Positions 47,801 to 64,000 are shown, numbered from the stretch's first letter. The stretch is DNA of 64,000 nt from Eledone cirrhosa (GCA_964016885.1 OZ024741.1:386880001-386944000); one strand, 5' to 3'. The notes: a model not told the origin generated them from the letters alone. Numbers and translations are program-made.

Positions 47801-50800
47801 ACCAACACTAGCACTACCACCACCACAACCAACACTGACACTACCCACACCACCAACACTAACACTACCAACACCACCAACACTAACACTACCAACACCA
47901 CTACACTAGCACTACCACCACCAGAAACACTAACACTACCAACACCACCAAAACTAACACTAATGACACTACCAATACTAACACTAGCAACACCACCAAC
48001 ACACACACACCAACACCACCAACACTACCATCACCGGCACTACCAACACCACCAACACTAACACTACCAACACCACCAACACTAACACTAATAACACCAC
48101 CAACATCACCAACACTAACTCTACCAACACCACTAACACTAACACTAATAACACCACCAACACTAACACTAATAACACCACCAACAATAACACTAATAAC
48201 ACTACATACACTAACACTACCAACACCACCAACACTAGCACTACCAACACTAACAACACCACCAACACTAGCACTACCAACACTACCAACTCCACAAACA
48301 CTAGCACTACCAACACCACCAACACTAACACTACCAACACCTCCAACACTAGCACTACCAACACCACCAACATTAACACTACCAACACCTCCAACGCTAA
48401 CACTACCAACACCACCTACTCCACCAACACTAACACACTACCAACAGCACCAACACTAACACTACCCACACCACCAACACTAACACTACAAACACCACCA
48501 ACACTAACACTACCAACAGCACCAACACTAACACTACCAACACCGCCAACACTAACACTACCAACACCACCAACACTAACACTACCAACACCACCAACAC
48601 TAACACTACCAACACCACCAACACTAGCACTACCAACAACACTAACACTACCAACACCACCAACACTGACACTACCAACACCACCAACACTAACACTACC
48701 AACACTAGCACTACTAACACCACCAACACTAACACTACCAACACCACCAACACTAACACTACCAACACAACCAACACTAACACTACCAACACCACCAACA
48801 CTAGCACTACCAACAACACTAACACTACCAACACCACCAACACTGACACTACCAACACCACCAACACTAACACTACCAACACTAGCACTACTAACACCAC
48901 CAACACTAACACTACCAACACCACCAACACTAACACTACCCACACCACCAACACTAACACTACAAACACCACCAACACTAACACTACCCACACCACCAAC
49001 ACTAACACTACAAACACCACCAACACTAACACTACCAGCACCACCAACACTAACACTACCAACACCACCAACACTAACACTACCAACACCACCAACACTA
49101 ACACTACCAACACCACCAACACTAACACTACCAACACCACGAACACTAACACTACCAACACCACCAACACTAGCACTACCAACAACACTAACACTACCAA
49201 CACCACCAACACTGACACTACCAACACCACCAACACTAACACTACCAACACCACCAACACTAGCACTACCAACACCACCAACACTAGCACTACCAACACC
49301 ACCAACACTCGCACTACCAACACCACCAACACTAACACTAACAACACCACCAACATTAGCACTACCAACACCACCAACACTAACACTACCAACACCACCA
49401 ACACTGACACTACCAACACCACCAACACTAACACTACCAACACCACCAACACTAGCACTACCAACACCACCAACACTAGCACTACCAACACCACCAACAC
49501 TCGCACTACCAACACCACCAACACTAACACTACCAACACCAGCAACACTAGCACTACCAACACCACCAACACAAACACTACCAACACCACCAACACTAAC
49601 ACTACCAACACCACCAACACTAGCACTACCAACACCACCAACACTGACACTACCAACGCCATCAAAACTAGCATTACCAACACCACCAACACTCGCACTA
49701 CCAACACCACCAACAATAGCACTACCAACACCACCAACACTAACACTACCAACACCACCAACACTAACACTACCAACACCACCAACACTAACACTACCAA
49801 CACCAATCAACACTAACACTACCAACACCACCAACACTAGCACTACCAACACCACCAACACTAACACTACCAACACCATCATTACTAGCACTATCAACAC
49901 TATCAACACTAGCACTACCAACACCACCAACACTAACACTACCAACACCAACACTACCAACACCACAAACACTAGCACTACCAACACCACCAACACTAGC
50001 ACTACCAACACCACCAACACTAGCACTACCAACACCACCAACACTCGCACTACCAACACCACCAACACTAACACTACCAACACCACCAACTCTAACACTA
50101 CCAACACCACCAAGACTAACACTACCAACTCCACCAACACTACCAACACCACCAACACTAACACTACCAACACTAACACTACCAACACTAACACTACCAA
50201 CACCACAAACACTAACACTACCAACACCACCAACACTAACACTACCAACACCACCAACACTAACACTAATAACACCACCAACACTAATACTATCAACACC
50301 ACCAACACTAACACTACCAACACCACCAACACTAGCACTACCAACACCACCAACACTAGCACTACCACCACCACAACCAACACTGACACTACCCACACCA
50401 CCAACACTAACACTACCAACACCACCAACACTAACACTACCAACACCACCAACACTAGCACTACCACCACCAGAAACACTAACACTACCAACACCAGCAA
50501 AACTAACACTAATGACACTACCAATACTAACACTAGCAACACCACCAACACACACACACCAACACCACCAACACTACCATCACCGGCACTACCAACACCA
50601 CCAACACTAACACTACCAACACCACCAACACTAACACTAATAACACCACCAACATCACCAACACTAACTCTACCAACACCACTAACACTAATAACACCAC
50701 CAACACTTCAAACACCACCAACACTAACACTAATAACACCACCAACAATAACACTAATAACACTACATACACTAACACTACCAACACCACCAACACTAGC

Positions 50801-53800
50801 ACTACCAACACTAACAACACCACCAACACTAGCACTACCAACACTACCAACTCCACAAACACTAGCACTACCAACACCACCAACATTAACACTACCAACA
50901 CCTCCAACGCTAACACTACCAACACCACCTACACCACCAACACTAACACACTACCAACAGCACCAACACTAACACTACCCACACCACCAACACTAACACT
51001 ACAAACACCACCAACACTAACACTACCAACAGCACCAACACTAACACTACCAACACCGCCAACACTAACACTACCAACACCACCAACACTAACACTACCA
51101 ACACCACCAACACTAACACTACCAACACCACCAACACTAGCACTACCAACAACACTAACACTACCAACACCACCAACACTGACACTACCAACACCACCAA
51201 CACTAACACTACCAACACTAGCACTACTAACACCACCAACACTAACACTACCAACACCACCAACACTAACACTACCAACACAACCAACACTAACACTACC
51301 AACACCACCAACACTAGCACTACCAACAACACTAACACTACCAACACCACCAACACTGACACTACCAACACCACCAACACTAACACTACCAACACTAGCA
51401 CTACTAACACCACCAACACTAACACTACCAACACCACCAACACTAACACTACCCACACCACCAACACTAACACTACAAACACCACCAACACTAACACTAC
51501 CCACACCACCAACACTAACACTACAAACACCACCAACACTAACACTACCAGCACCACCAACACTAACACTACCAACACCACCAACACTAACACTACCAAC
51601 ACCACCAACACTAACACTACCAACACCACCAACACTAACACTACCAACACCACCAACACTAGCACTACCAACAACACTAACACTACCAACACCACCAACA
51701 CTGACACTACCAACACCACCAACACTAACACTACCAACACCACCAACACTAGCACTACCAACACCACCAACACTAGCACTACCAACACCACCAACACTCG
51801 CACTACCAACACCACCAACACTAACACTACCAACACCACCAACATTAGCACTACCAACACCACCAACACTAACACTACCAACACCACCAACACTGACACT
51901 ACCAACACCACCAACACTAACACTACCAACACCACCAACACTAGCACTACCAACACCACCAACACTAGCACTACCAACACCACCAACACTCGCACTACCA
52001 ACACCACCAACACTAACACTACCAACACCAGCAAAACTAGCACTACCAACACCACCAACACAAACACTACCAACACCACCAACACTAACACTACCAACAC
52101 CACCAACACTAGCACTACCAACACCACCAACACTAACACTACCAACACCAGCAACACTAGCACTACCAACACCACCAACACAAACACTACCAACACCACC
52201 AACACTAACACTACCAACACCACCAACACTCGCACTACCAACACCACCAACACTAACACTACCAACACCAGCAACACTAGCACTACCAACACCACCAACA
52301 CAAACACTACCAACACCACCAACACTAACACTACCAACGCCATCAATACTAGCATTACCAACACCACCAACACTCGCACTACCAACACCACCAACAATAG
52401 CACTACCAACACCACCAACACTAACACTACCAACACCACCAACACTAGCACTACCAACACCCCCAACACTAACACTACCAACACCACCAACACTAAGACA
52501 CTACCAACAGCACCAACACTAACACTAACAACACCGCCAACACTAACACTACCAACACCACCAACACTAACACTACCAACACCACCAACACCAACACCAC
52601 CAACACTAAGACACTACCAACAGCACCAACACTAGCACTACCAACACCACCAATACCAACACCACCAACACTAAGATACTACCAACACCGCCAACACTAA
52701 CACTACCAACACCACCAACACTAACACTACCAACACCACCAACACCAACACCACCAACACTAAGACACTACCAACAGCACCAACACTAGCACTACCAACA
52801 AAAACCAACACTAACACTACCAACACCACCAACACTAAGACACTACCAACAGCACCAACACTAACACTACAAACACCACCAACACTAGCACTACCAACAC
52901 CACCAACACTAACACTACCAACACCACCAACACCAACACTACCAACACCACCAACACCAACACCACCAACATTAAGACACTACCAACAGCACCAACACTA
53001 ACACTACCAACAGCATCAACACTAACACTACCAACAGCATCAACACTAACACTACCAACACCGCCAACACTAACACTACCAACAGCATCAACACTAACAC
53101 TACCAACACCACCAACACCAACACTACCAACACCACCAACACCAACACCACCAACATTAAGACACTACCAACAGCACCAACACTAACACTACCAACAGCA
53201 TCAACACTAACACTACCAACAGCATCAACACTAACACTACCAACACCGCCAACACTAACACTACCAACAGCATCAACACTAACACTACCAACACCACCAA
53301 CACCAACACCACCAACACTAAGACACTACCAACAGCACCAACACTAATACTACCAACACCGCCAACACTATCACTACCAACACCGCCAACACTAACACTA
53401 CCAACACCACCAACACCAACACCACCAACACTAAGACACTACCAACAGCACCAACACTAACACTACCAACATCACCAACACTAGCACTACCAACACCACC
53501 AACACTAAGACACTACCAACACCACCAACGCTAACACTACCAACACCACCAACACTAACACTACCAACACCACCAACACTAACACTACCAACACCAGCAA
53601 CTCTAAGACACTACCAACAGCACCAACACTAACACTACCAACACCGCCAACACTAACACTACCAACATCACCAAGACTAACACTACCAACACCACCTACA
53701 CTAGTACTACCAACACCACCAACACTAACACTACCACCACCACCGACACTAGCACAACCAACACCACCAACACCACCAACACTAACACTAACAACACCAC

Positions 53801-56800
53801 CAACATTAACACTACCAACACCATCAATACTAGCACTACCACCACCACCGACACTAGCACAACCAACACCACCAACACCTCCAACACTAACACTAACAAC
53901 ACCACCAACACTCGCACTAACAACACCACCAACACTAACACTACCAACACCAGCAACACTAGCACTACCAACACCACCAACACTAACACTACCAACACCA
54001 CCAACACTAACACTACCAACACCACCAACACTAGCACTACCAACACCACCAACACTGACACTACCAACACCATCAATACTAGCATTACCAACACCACCAA
54101 CACTCGCACTACCAACACCACCAACAATAGCACTACCAACACCACCAACACTAACACTACCAACACCACCAACACTAACACTACCAACACCACCAACACT
54201 AACACTACCAACACCACCAACACTAACACTACCAACACCAATCAACACTAACACTACCAACACCACCAACACTAACACTACCAACACCACCAACACTAAC
54301 ACTACCAACACCACCAATACTAACACTACCAACACCACCAACACTAACACTACCAACACCAATCAACACTAACACTACCAACACCACCAACACTAACACT
54401 ACCAACACCACCAATACTAACACTACCAACACCACCAACACTAACACTACCAACACCAATCAACACTAACACTACCAACACCACCAACACTAACACTACC
54501 AACACCACCAACACTAACACTACCAACACCACCAACACTAACACTACCAACACCACCAACACTAGTACTACCAACACCACCAACACTAACACTACCAACA
54601 CCACCAACACTAACACTACCAACACCACCAACACTAACACTACCAACACCACCAACACTAACACTACCAACACCACCAACACTAACACTACCAACACCAC
54701 CAACACTAACACTACCAACACCACCAACACTAACACTACCAACACCACCAACACTAACACTACCAACACCACCAACACTAGTACTACCAACACCACCAAC
54801 ACTAACACTACCAACACCACCAACACTAACACTACCAACACCACCAACACTAACACTACCAACACCACCAACACTAGCACTACCAACACCACCAACACTA
54901 GTACTACCAACACCACCAACACTAGTACTACCAACACCACCAACACTAACACTACCAACACCACCAACACTAGCACTACCAACACCACCAACACTCGCAC
55001 TACCAACACCACCAACACTGACACTACCAACACCACCAACACTCGCACTACCAACACCACCAACACTAACACTACCAACACCACCAACACTACCACTACC
55101 AACACCACCAACAATAACACTACCAACACCACCAACACTAGCACTACCAACACCACCAACACTAACAATACCAACACCACCAACACTGACAACACCACCA
55201 ACACCACCAACACTAACACTACCAACACCATCAACACTAGCACTACCAACACCACCAACACTGACACTATCAACACCACCAACACTAACACTACCAACAC
55301 CACCAACACTAACACTACCAACAACACCAACACTAGTACTACCAACACCACCAACACTAACACTACCAACAACACTAACACCACCAACACCACCAACAGT
55401 GACACTACCAACACCACCAACACTAACACTACCAACACTAGCACTACTAACACCACCAACACTAACACTACCAACACCACCAACACTAACACTACCAACA
55501 CCACCAACACTAGCACTACCAACACCACCAACACTAGCACTACCAACACCACCAACACTCGCACTACCAACACCACCAACACTAACACTACCAACACCAC
55601 CAACATTAGCACTACCAACACCACCAACACTAACACTACCAACACCACCAACACTGACACTACCAACACCACCAACACTAACACTACCAACACCACCAAC
55701 ACTAGCACTACCAACACCACCAACAATAGCACTCCCAACACCACCAACACAAACACTACCAACACCACCAACACTAACACTACCAACACCACCAACACTA
55801 ACACTACCAACACCAATCAACACTAACACTACCAACACCACCAACACTAGCACTACCAACACCACCAACACTCGCACTACCAACACCACCAACACTAACA
55901 CTACCAACACCACCAACACTAACACTACCAACACCACCAACACTAACACTACCAACACCACCAACACTAACACTACCAACACCACCAACACTAACACTAC
56001 CAACACCACCAACACTAGTACTACCAACACCACCAACACTAGTACTACCAACACCACCAACACTAACACTACCAACACCACCAACACTAACACTGCCAAC
56101 ACCACCAACGCTAGCACTACCAACACCACCAACACTAGTACTACCAACACCACCAACACTAGTACTACCAACACCACCAACACTAACACTACCAACACCA
56201 CCAACACTAGCACTACCAACACCACCAACACTCGCACTACCAACACCATCAACACTGACACTACCAACACCACCAACACTCGCACTACCAACACCACCAA
56301 CACTGACACTACCAACACCACCAACACTCGCACTACCAACAGCACAAACACTAACACTACCAACACCACCAACACTAGCACTACCAACACCACCAACACT
56401 AACACTACCAACACCACCAACACTAACACTACCAACACCACCAACACTCGCACTACCAACACCACCAACACTGACACTACCAATACCACCAACACTCGCA
56501 CTACCAACACCACAAACACTAACACTACCAACACCACCAACACCAACACCACCAACATCACCAACACTAACACTACCAACACCACCAACACTGACACTAC
56601 AAACACCATCAACACTAACACTACCAACACCACCAACACTACCAACACCACCAACACCACCAACACTAACACTACCAACACCACCAACACTAACACTACC
56701 AACACCACCAACACTAACACTACCAACACCACCAACACTAACACTACCAACACCACCAACACTAGCACTACCAACACCACCAACACTGACACTACCAACA

Positions 56801-59800
56801 CCACCAACACTCGCACTACCAACACCACAAACACTAACACTACCAACAGCACCAACACTAGCACTACCAACACCACCAACACTAACACTACCAACACCAC
56901 CAACACTAGCACTACCAACACCACCAACACTAACACTACCAACACCACCAACACTACCAACACCACGAACACCACCAACACTAACACTACCAACACCACC
57001 AACACTAGCACTACCAACACCACCAACACTCGCACTACCAACACCACCAACACTGACACTACCAACACCACCAACACTAACACTACCAACACCACCAACA
57101 CTAACACTACCAACACCACCAACACTAGTACTACCAACACCACCATCACTAACACTACCAACACCACCAACACTAACACTACCAACACCACCAACACTAG
57201 CACTACCAACACCACCAACACTCGCACTACCAACACCACCAACACTAACACTACCAACACCACCAACACTAACACTACCAACACCACCAACAATAGTACT
57301 ACCAACACCACCAACACTAACACTACCAACACTAACACTACCAACACCACAAACACTAGTACTACCAACACCACCAACACTAACATTACCAGCACCACCA
57401 ACACTAACACTACCAACACCACCAACATTAACACTACCAACACCACCAACACTAACACTACCAACACCACCAACACTAGTACTACCAACACCACCAACAC
57501 TAACACTACCAGCACCACCAACACTAACACTACCAACACCACCAACACTAACACTACCAACACCACCAACACTAACACTACCAACACCACCAACACTAGT
57601 ACTACCAACACCACCAACACTAGCACTACCAACACCACCAAGACTAACACTACCAACACTAACAACAATAACACTAATAACACCACAAATACTAACACTA
57701 CCAACACCACCAACAATAACACTAATAACACCACCAACACTAACACTACCAACACCACCAAGACTAACACTACCAACACCACCAACACTAACACTACCAA
57801 CACTACACTACCAACACTAACACTAGCAACACCACAAACACTAGCACTACGAACACCACCAACACTAGCACTACTAACACCACCAACACTAACACTACCA
57901 ACACCACTAACAATAATAACACCACCAACACTAACAATAATAACACCACCAACACTAACACCACCAACACCACCAACACTAACACTACCAACACCACCAA
58001 CACTAACACTACCAACACCATCAACACTAACACTACCAACACCACCAACACTAGCACTACCAACACTACCAACACTAACACTACCAACACCACCAACACC
58101 AGCACTACCAACACCACCAACACTAACACTACCAACACCACCAACACTAACACTACCAACACCACCAACACTAACACTACCAACACCACCAACACTAGCA
58201 CTACCAACACCACCAACACTGACACTACCAACACCATCAATACTAGCACTACCAACAGCACCAACACTCGCACTACCAACACCACCAACAATAGCACTAC
58301 CAACACAACCAACACTAACACTACCAACATCACCAACACTAACACTACCAACACCACCAACACTAACACTACCAACACCAAACAACACTAACACTACCAA
58401 CACCACCAACACTAGCACTACCAACACCACCAACACTCGCACTACCAACACCACCAACACTAACACTACCAACACCACCAACACTGACACTACCAACACC
58501 ACCATCACTAACACTACCAACACTAGTACTACTAACACCACCAACACTAACACTACCAACACCACCAACACTAACACTACCAACACCACCAACACTAGCA
58601 CTACCAACACCACCAACACTAGCACTACCAACAGCACCAACACTAGCACTACCAACACCACCAACACTAACACTACCAACACCACCAACACTAACACTAC
58701 CAACACCACCAACACTAACACTACCAAGACCACCAACACTAACACTACCAACACCACCAACACTAACACTACCAACACCACCAACACTAGTACTACCAAC
58801 ACCACCAACACTAACACTACCAAGACCACCAACACTAACACTACCAACACCACCAACACTAACACTACCAACACCACCAACACTAGCACTACCAACACCA
58901 CCAACACTAGTACTACCAACACCACCAACACTAGTACTACCAACACCACCAACACTAACACTACCAACACCACCAACACTAGCACTACCAACACCACCAA
59001 CACTCGCACTACCAACACCACCAACACTGATACTACCAACACCACCAACACTCGCACTACCAACACCACCAACACTAACACTACCAACACCACCAACACT
59101 AGCACTACCAACACCACCAACACTGACACTACCAACACCACCAACACTAGTACTACCAACACCACCAACACTAGCACTACCAACACCACCAACACTAACA
59201 CTACCAACACCACCAACACTAGTACTACCAACACCACCAACACTAGCACTACCAACACCACCAACACTAGTACTACCAACACCACCAACACTAGTACTAC
59301 CAACACCACCAACACTCGCACTACCAACACCACCAACACTAACACTACCAACACCACCAACACTAGCACTACCAACACCACCAACACTGACACTACCAAC
59401 ACCACCAACACTAGTACTACCAACACCACCAACACTAGTACTACCAACACCACCAACACTCGCACTACCAACACCACCAACACTAACACTACCAACACCA
59501 CCAACACTAGTACTACCAACACCACCAAAACTCGCACTACCAACACCACCAACACTAACACTACCAACACCACCAACACTAGCACTACCAACACCACCAA
59601 CACTGACACTACCAACACCACCAACACTAGTACTACCAACACCACCAACACTAGCACTACCAACACCACCAACACTAACACTACGAACACCACCAACACT
59701 AGCACTACCAACACCACCAACACTAACACTACCAACACCACCAACACTAGTACTACCAACACCACCAACACTAGTACTACCAACACCACCAACACTAACA

Positions 59801-62800
59801 CTACCAACACCACCAACACTAACAACACCACCAACACCACCAACACTAACACTACCAACACCACCAACACTGACACTACCAACACCACCAACACTAACAC
59901 TACCAACACCACCAACACTAGCACTACCGACACCACCAACACTCGCACTACCAACACCACCAACATTAGCACTACCAACACCACCAACACTAACACTACC
60001 AACACCACCAACACTAACACTACCAACACCACCAACACTAACACTACCAACACCACCAACACTAGCACTACCAACACCACCAACACTCGCACTACCAACA
60101 CCACCAACACTAACACTACCAACACCACCAACACTAGTACTACCAACACCACCAACACTCGCACTACCAACACCACCAACACTAACACTACCAACACCAC
60201 CAACACTAGCACTACCAACACCACCAACACTGACACTACCAACACCACCAACACTAGTACTACCAACACCACCAACACTAGCACTACCAACACCACCAAC
60301 ACTAACACTACGAACACCACCAACACTAGCACTACCAACACCACCAACACTAACACTACCAACACCACCAACACTAGTACTACCAACACCACCAACACTA
60401 GTACTACCAACACCACCAACACTAACACTACCAACACCACCAACACTAACAACACCACCAACACCACCAACACTAACACTACCAACACCACCAACACTGA
60501 CACTACCAACACCACCAACACTAACACTACCAACACCACCAACACTAGCACTACCAACACCACCAACACTCGCACTACCAACACCACCAACATTAGCACT
60601 ACCAACACCACCAACACTAACACTACCAAAACCACCAACACTCGCACTACCAACACCACCAACATTAGCACTACCAACACCACCAACACTAGCACTACCA
60701 ACACCACCAACACTCGCACTACCAACACCACCAACACTAACACTACCAACACCACCAACACTAGTACTACCAACACCACCAACACTCGCACTACCAACAC
60801 CACCAACACTAACACTACCAACACCACCAACACTAGCACTACCAACACCACCAACACTGACACTACCAACACCACCAACACTAGTACTACCAACACCACC
60901 AACACTAGCACTACCAACACCACCAACACTAACACTACGAACACCACCAACACTAGCACTACCAACACCACCAACACTAACACTACCAACACCACCAACA
61001 CTAGTACTACCAACACCACCAACACTAGTACTACCAACACCACCAATACTAACACTACCAACACCACCAACACTAACAACACCACCAACACCACCAACAC
61101 TAACACTACCAACACCACCAACACTGACACTACCAACACCACCAACACTAACACTACCAACACCACCAACACTAGCACTACGGACACCACCAACACTCGC
61201 ACTACCAACACCACCAACATTAGCACTACCAACACCACCAACACTAGCACTACCAACACCACCAACACTAACACTACCAACACCACCAACACTAGTACTA
61301 CCAACACCACCAACACTAGCACTACCAACACCACCAACAATAACACTACGAACACCACCAACACTAGCACTACCAACACCACCAACACTAACACTACCAA
61401 CACCACCAACACTAGTACTACCAACACCACCAACACTAGCACTACCAACACCACCAACACTAACACTACGAACACCACCAACACTAGTACTACCAACACC
61501 ACCAACACTAGCACTACCAACACCACCAACACTAACACTACCAACACCACCAACACTAGTACTACCAACACCACCAACACTAGTACTACCAACACCACCA
61601 ACACTAACACTACCAACACCACCAACACTAACAACACCACCAACACTAACACTACCAACACCACCAACACTCGCACTACCAACACCACCAACACTGACAC
61701 TACCAACACCACCAACACTAACACTGCCAACACCACCAACACTAGCACTACCGACACCACCAACACTCGCACTACCAACACCACCAACATTAGCACTACC
61801 AACACCACCAACACTAGCACTACCAACACCACCAACACTCGCACTACCAACACCACCAACATTAGCACTACCAACACCACCAACACTGACACTACCAACA
61901 CCACCAACACTAGTACTACCAACACCACCAACACTAACACTACCAACAACACTAACACTACCAACACCACCAACACTGACACTACCAACACCACCAACAC
62001 TAACACTACCAACACCACCAACACTAACACTACCAACACCACCAACACTAGCACTACCAACACCACCAACACTAGCACTACCAACACCACCAACACTCGC
62101 ACTACCAACACCACCAACACTAGCACTACCAACACCACCAACACTAGCACTACCAACACCACCAACACTTGCACTACCAACACCACCAACATTAGCACTA
62201 CCAACACCACCAACACTAACACTACCAACACCACCAACACTAACACTACCAACACCACCAACACTAACACTACCAACACCACCAACACTAGTACTACCAA
62301 CACCACCAACACTAGCACTACCAACACCACCAACACTAACACTACCAACACCACCAACACTAAGACACTACCAACAGCACCAACACTAACACTAACAACA
62401 CCGCCAACACTAACACTACTAACACCACCAACACTAACACTACCAACACCTCCAACACCAACACCACCAACACTAAGACACTACCAACAGCACCAACACT
62501 AACACTACCAACACTAACACTACCAACATCACCAACACTAGCACTACCAACACCACCAACACCAACACCACCAACACTAAGATACTACCAACACCGCCAA
62601 CACTAACACTACCAACACAACCAACACTAACACTACCAACACCACCAACACCAACACCACCAACACTAAGACACTACCAACAGCACCAACACTAGCACTA
62701 CCAACACCACCAACACTAACACTACCAACACTACCAACACTAAGACACTACCAACAGCACCAACACTAACACTAGCAACACCACCAACACTAGCACTACC

Positions 62801-64000
62801 TACACCACCAACACTAACACTACCAACACCACCAACACTAAGACACTACCAACAGCACCAACACTAACACTAACAACACCGCCAACACTAACACTACCAA
62901 CACCACCAACACTAACACTACCAACACCACCAACACCAACACCACCAACACTAAGACACTACCAACAGCACCAACACTAACACTACCAACATCACCAACA
63001 CTAGCACTACCAACACCACCAACACCAACACCACCAACACTAAGATACTACCAACACCGCCAACACTAACACTACCAACATCACCAACACTAGCACTATC
63101 AACACCACCAACACCAACACGACCAACACTAAGACACTACCAACAGCACCAACACTAGCACTACCAACACCACCAACACTAACACTACCAACACCACCAA
63201 CACTAAGACACTACCAACAGCACCAACACTAACACTACCAACACCACCAACACTAGCACTACCAACACCACCAACAATAACACTACCAACACCACCAACA
63301 CTAGCACTACCAACACCACCAACACTAACAATACCAACACCACCAACACTAACGACACCACCAACACCACCAACACTAACACTACCAACACCACCAACAT
63401 TAGCACTACCGACACCACCAACACTCACACTACCAACACCACCAACACTGACACTACCAACACCACCAACACTAACACTACCAACACCACCAACACTAAC
63501 ACTACGAACAACACCAACACTAGTACTACCAACACCACCAACACTAACACTACCAACAACACTAACACTACCAACACCACCAACACTAGCACTACCAACA
63601 CCACCAACACTCGCACTATCAACACCACCAACACTAACACTACCAACACCACCAACATTAGCACTACCAACACCACCAACACTAACACTACCAACACCAC
63701 CAACACTGACACTACCAACACCACCAACACTGACACTACCAACACCACCAACACTAGCACTACCAACACCACCAACAATAGCACTCCCAACACCACCAAC
63801 ACTAACACTACCAACACCACCAACACTAACACTACCAAAACCACCAACACTAACACTACCAACACCAATCAACACTAACACTACCAACACCACCAACACT
63901 AGCACTACCAACACCACCAACACTCGCACTACCAACACCACCAACACTAACACTACCAACACCACCAACACTAACACTACCAACACCACCAACACTAACA
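5810..64000. repeat. Giant 24-bp satellite array, consensus ACTAACACTACCAACACCACCAAC, >58 kb, running off the window end
   Basis: Continuous periodic sequence with an 8-codon period in all ORFs (TNTTNTTN / LTLPTPPT / VGGVGSVS / LVVLVVLV). Plus strand almost lacks G. I saw no unique sequence or transposon insertion inside it. Confidence 0.98.

Noticed and set aside
20540-53700. cctacac variants (minus strand TAG|GT) as recursive splice sites
   Set aside because: They give AG|GT but lack a polypyrimidine tract and a GTRAGT donor; no support without RNA data.
5788-62502. Giant plus-strand Thr/Asn or Leu/Pro/Thr ORFs (4159, 2867, 2367 aa) as mucin- or extensin-like genes
   Set aside because: The unit lacks stops in four of six frames, so long ORFs are automatic. 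The ORFs switch between TN and LPT registers, the first starts at TTG, there is no signal peptide or unique domain, and frameshift motifs have been amplified with the array.
5796-63995. Minus-strand poly-Val/Leu and Val/Gly/Ser ORFs
   Set aside because: Reverse-complement readings of the same satellite, with implausible composition.
5810-64000. Telomeric or telomerase-made repeat
   Set aside because: No TTAGGG/TTAGG units. The G-rich strand's 3' end points toward the gene rather than outward, and kb-scale duplicated variant patterns indicate recombination or slippage.

Overview
Eukaryotic (animal) genomic DNA; the interspersed repeats resemble, from my recollection, those of Octopus genomes (inference, not checked). 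Bases 1-5.8 kb hold the last three coding exons of a minus-strand gene (5525-5425, 3618-3510, 352-188). They have canonical GT-AG sites with matching phases and splice into a 124-aa coiled-coil C-terminus resembling the CCDC177/CCDC185 (DUF4659) family. The introns contain a GACA/GATG compound microsatellite, tRNA-type SINEs (one with a 16-bp target-site duplication), an RTE-type LINE fragment and a 32-bp minisatellite grown from a SINE 3' end. From about 5810 to the window end (>58 kb, roughly 2,400 units) there is one uninterrupted satellite with 24-bp consensus ACTAACACTACCAACACCACCAAC. It is built from triplets, strongly strand-asymmetric, and organised into kb-scale duplications and variant domains. 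Since the 5'-most exon begins at a splice acceptor, the array probably lies inside a giant intron of this gene. The huge Thr/Asn, Leu/Pro/Thr, Val/Leu and Val/Gly/Ser ORFs are most likely by-products of the repeat, not genes.
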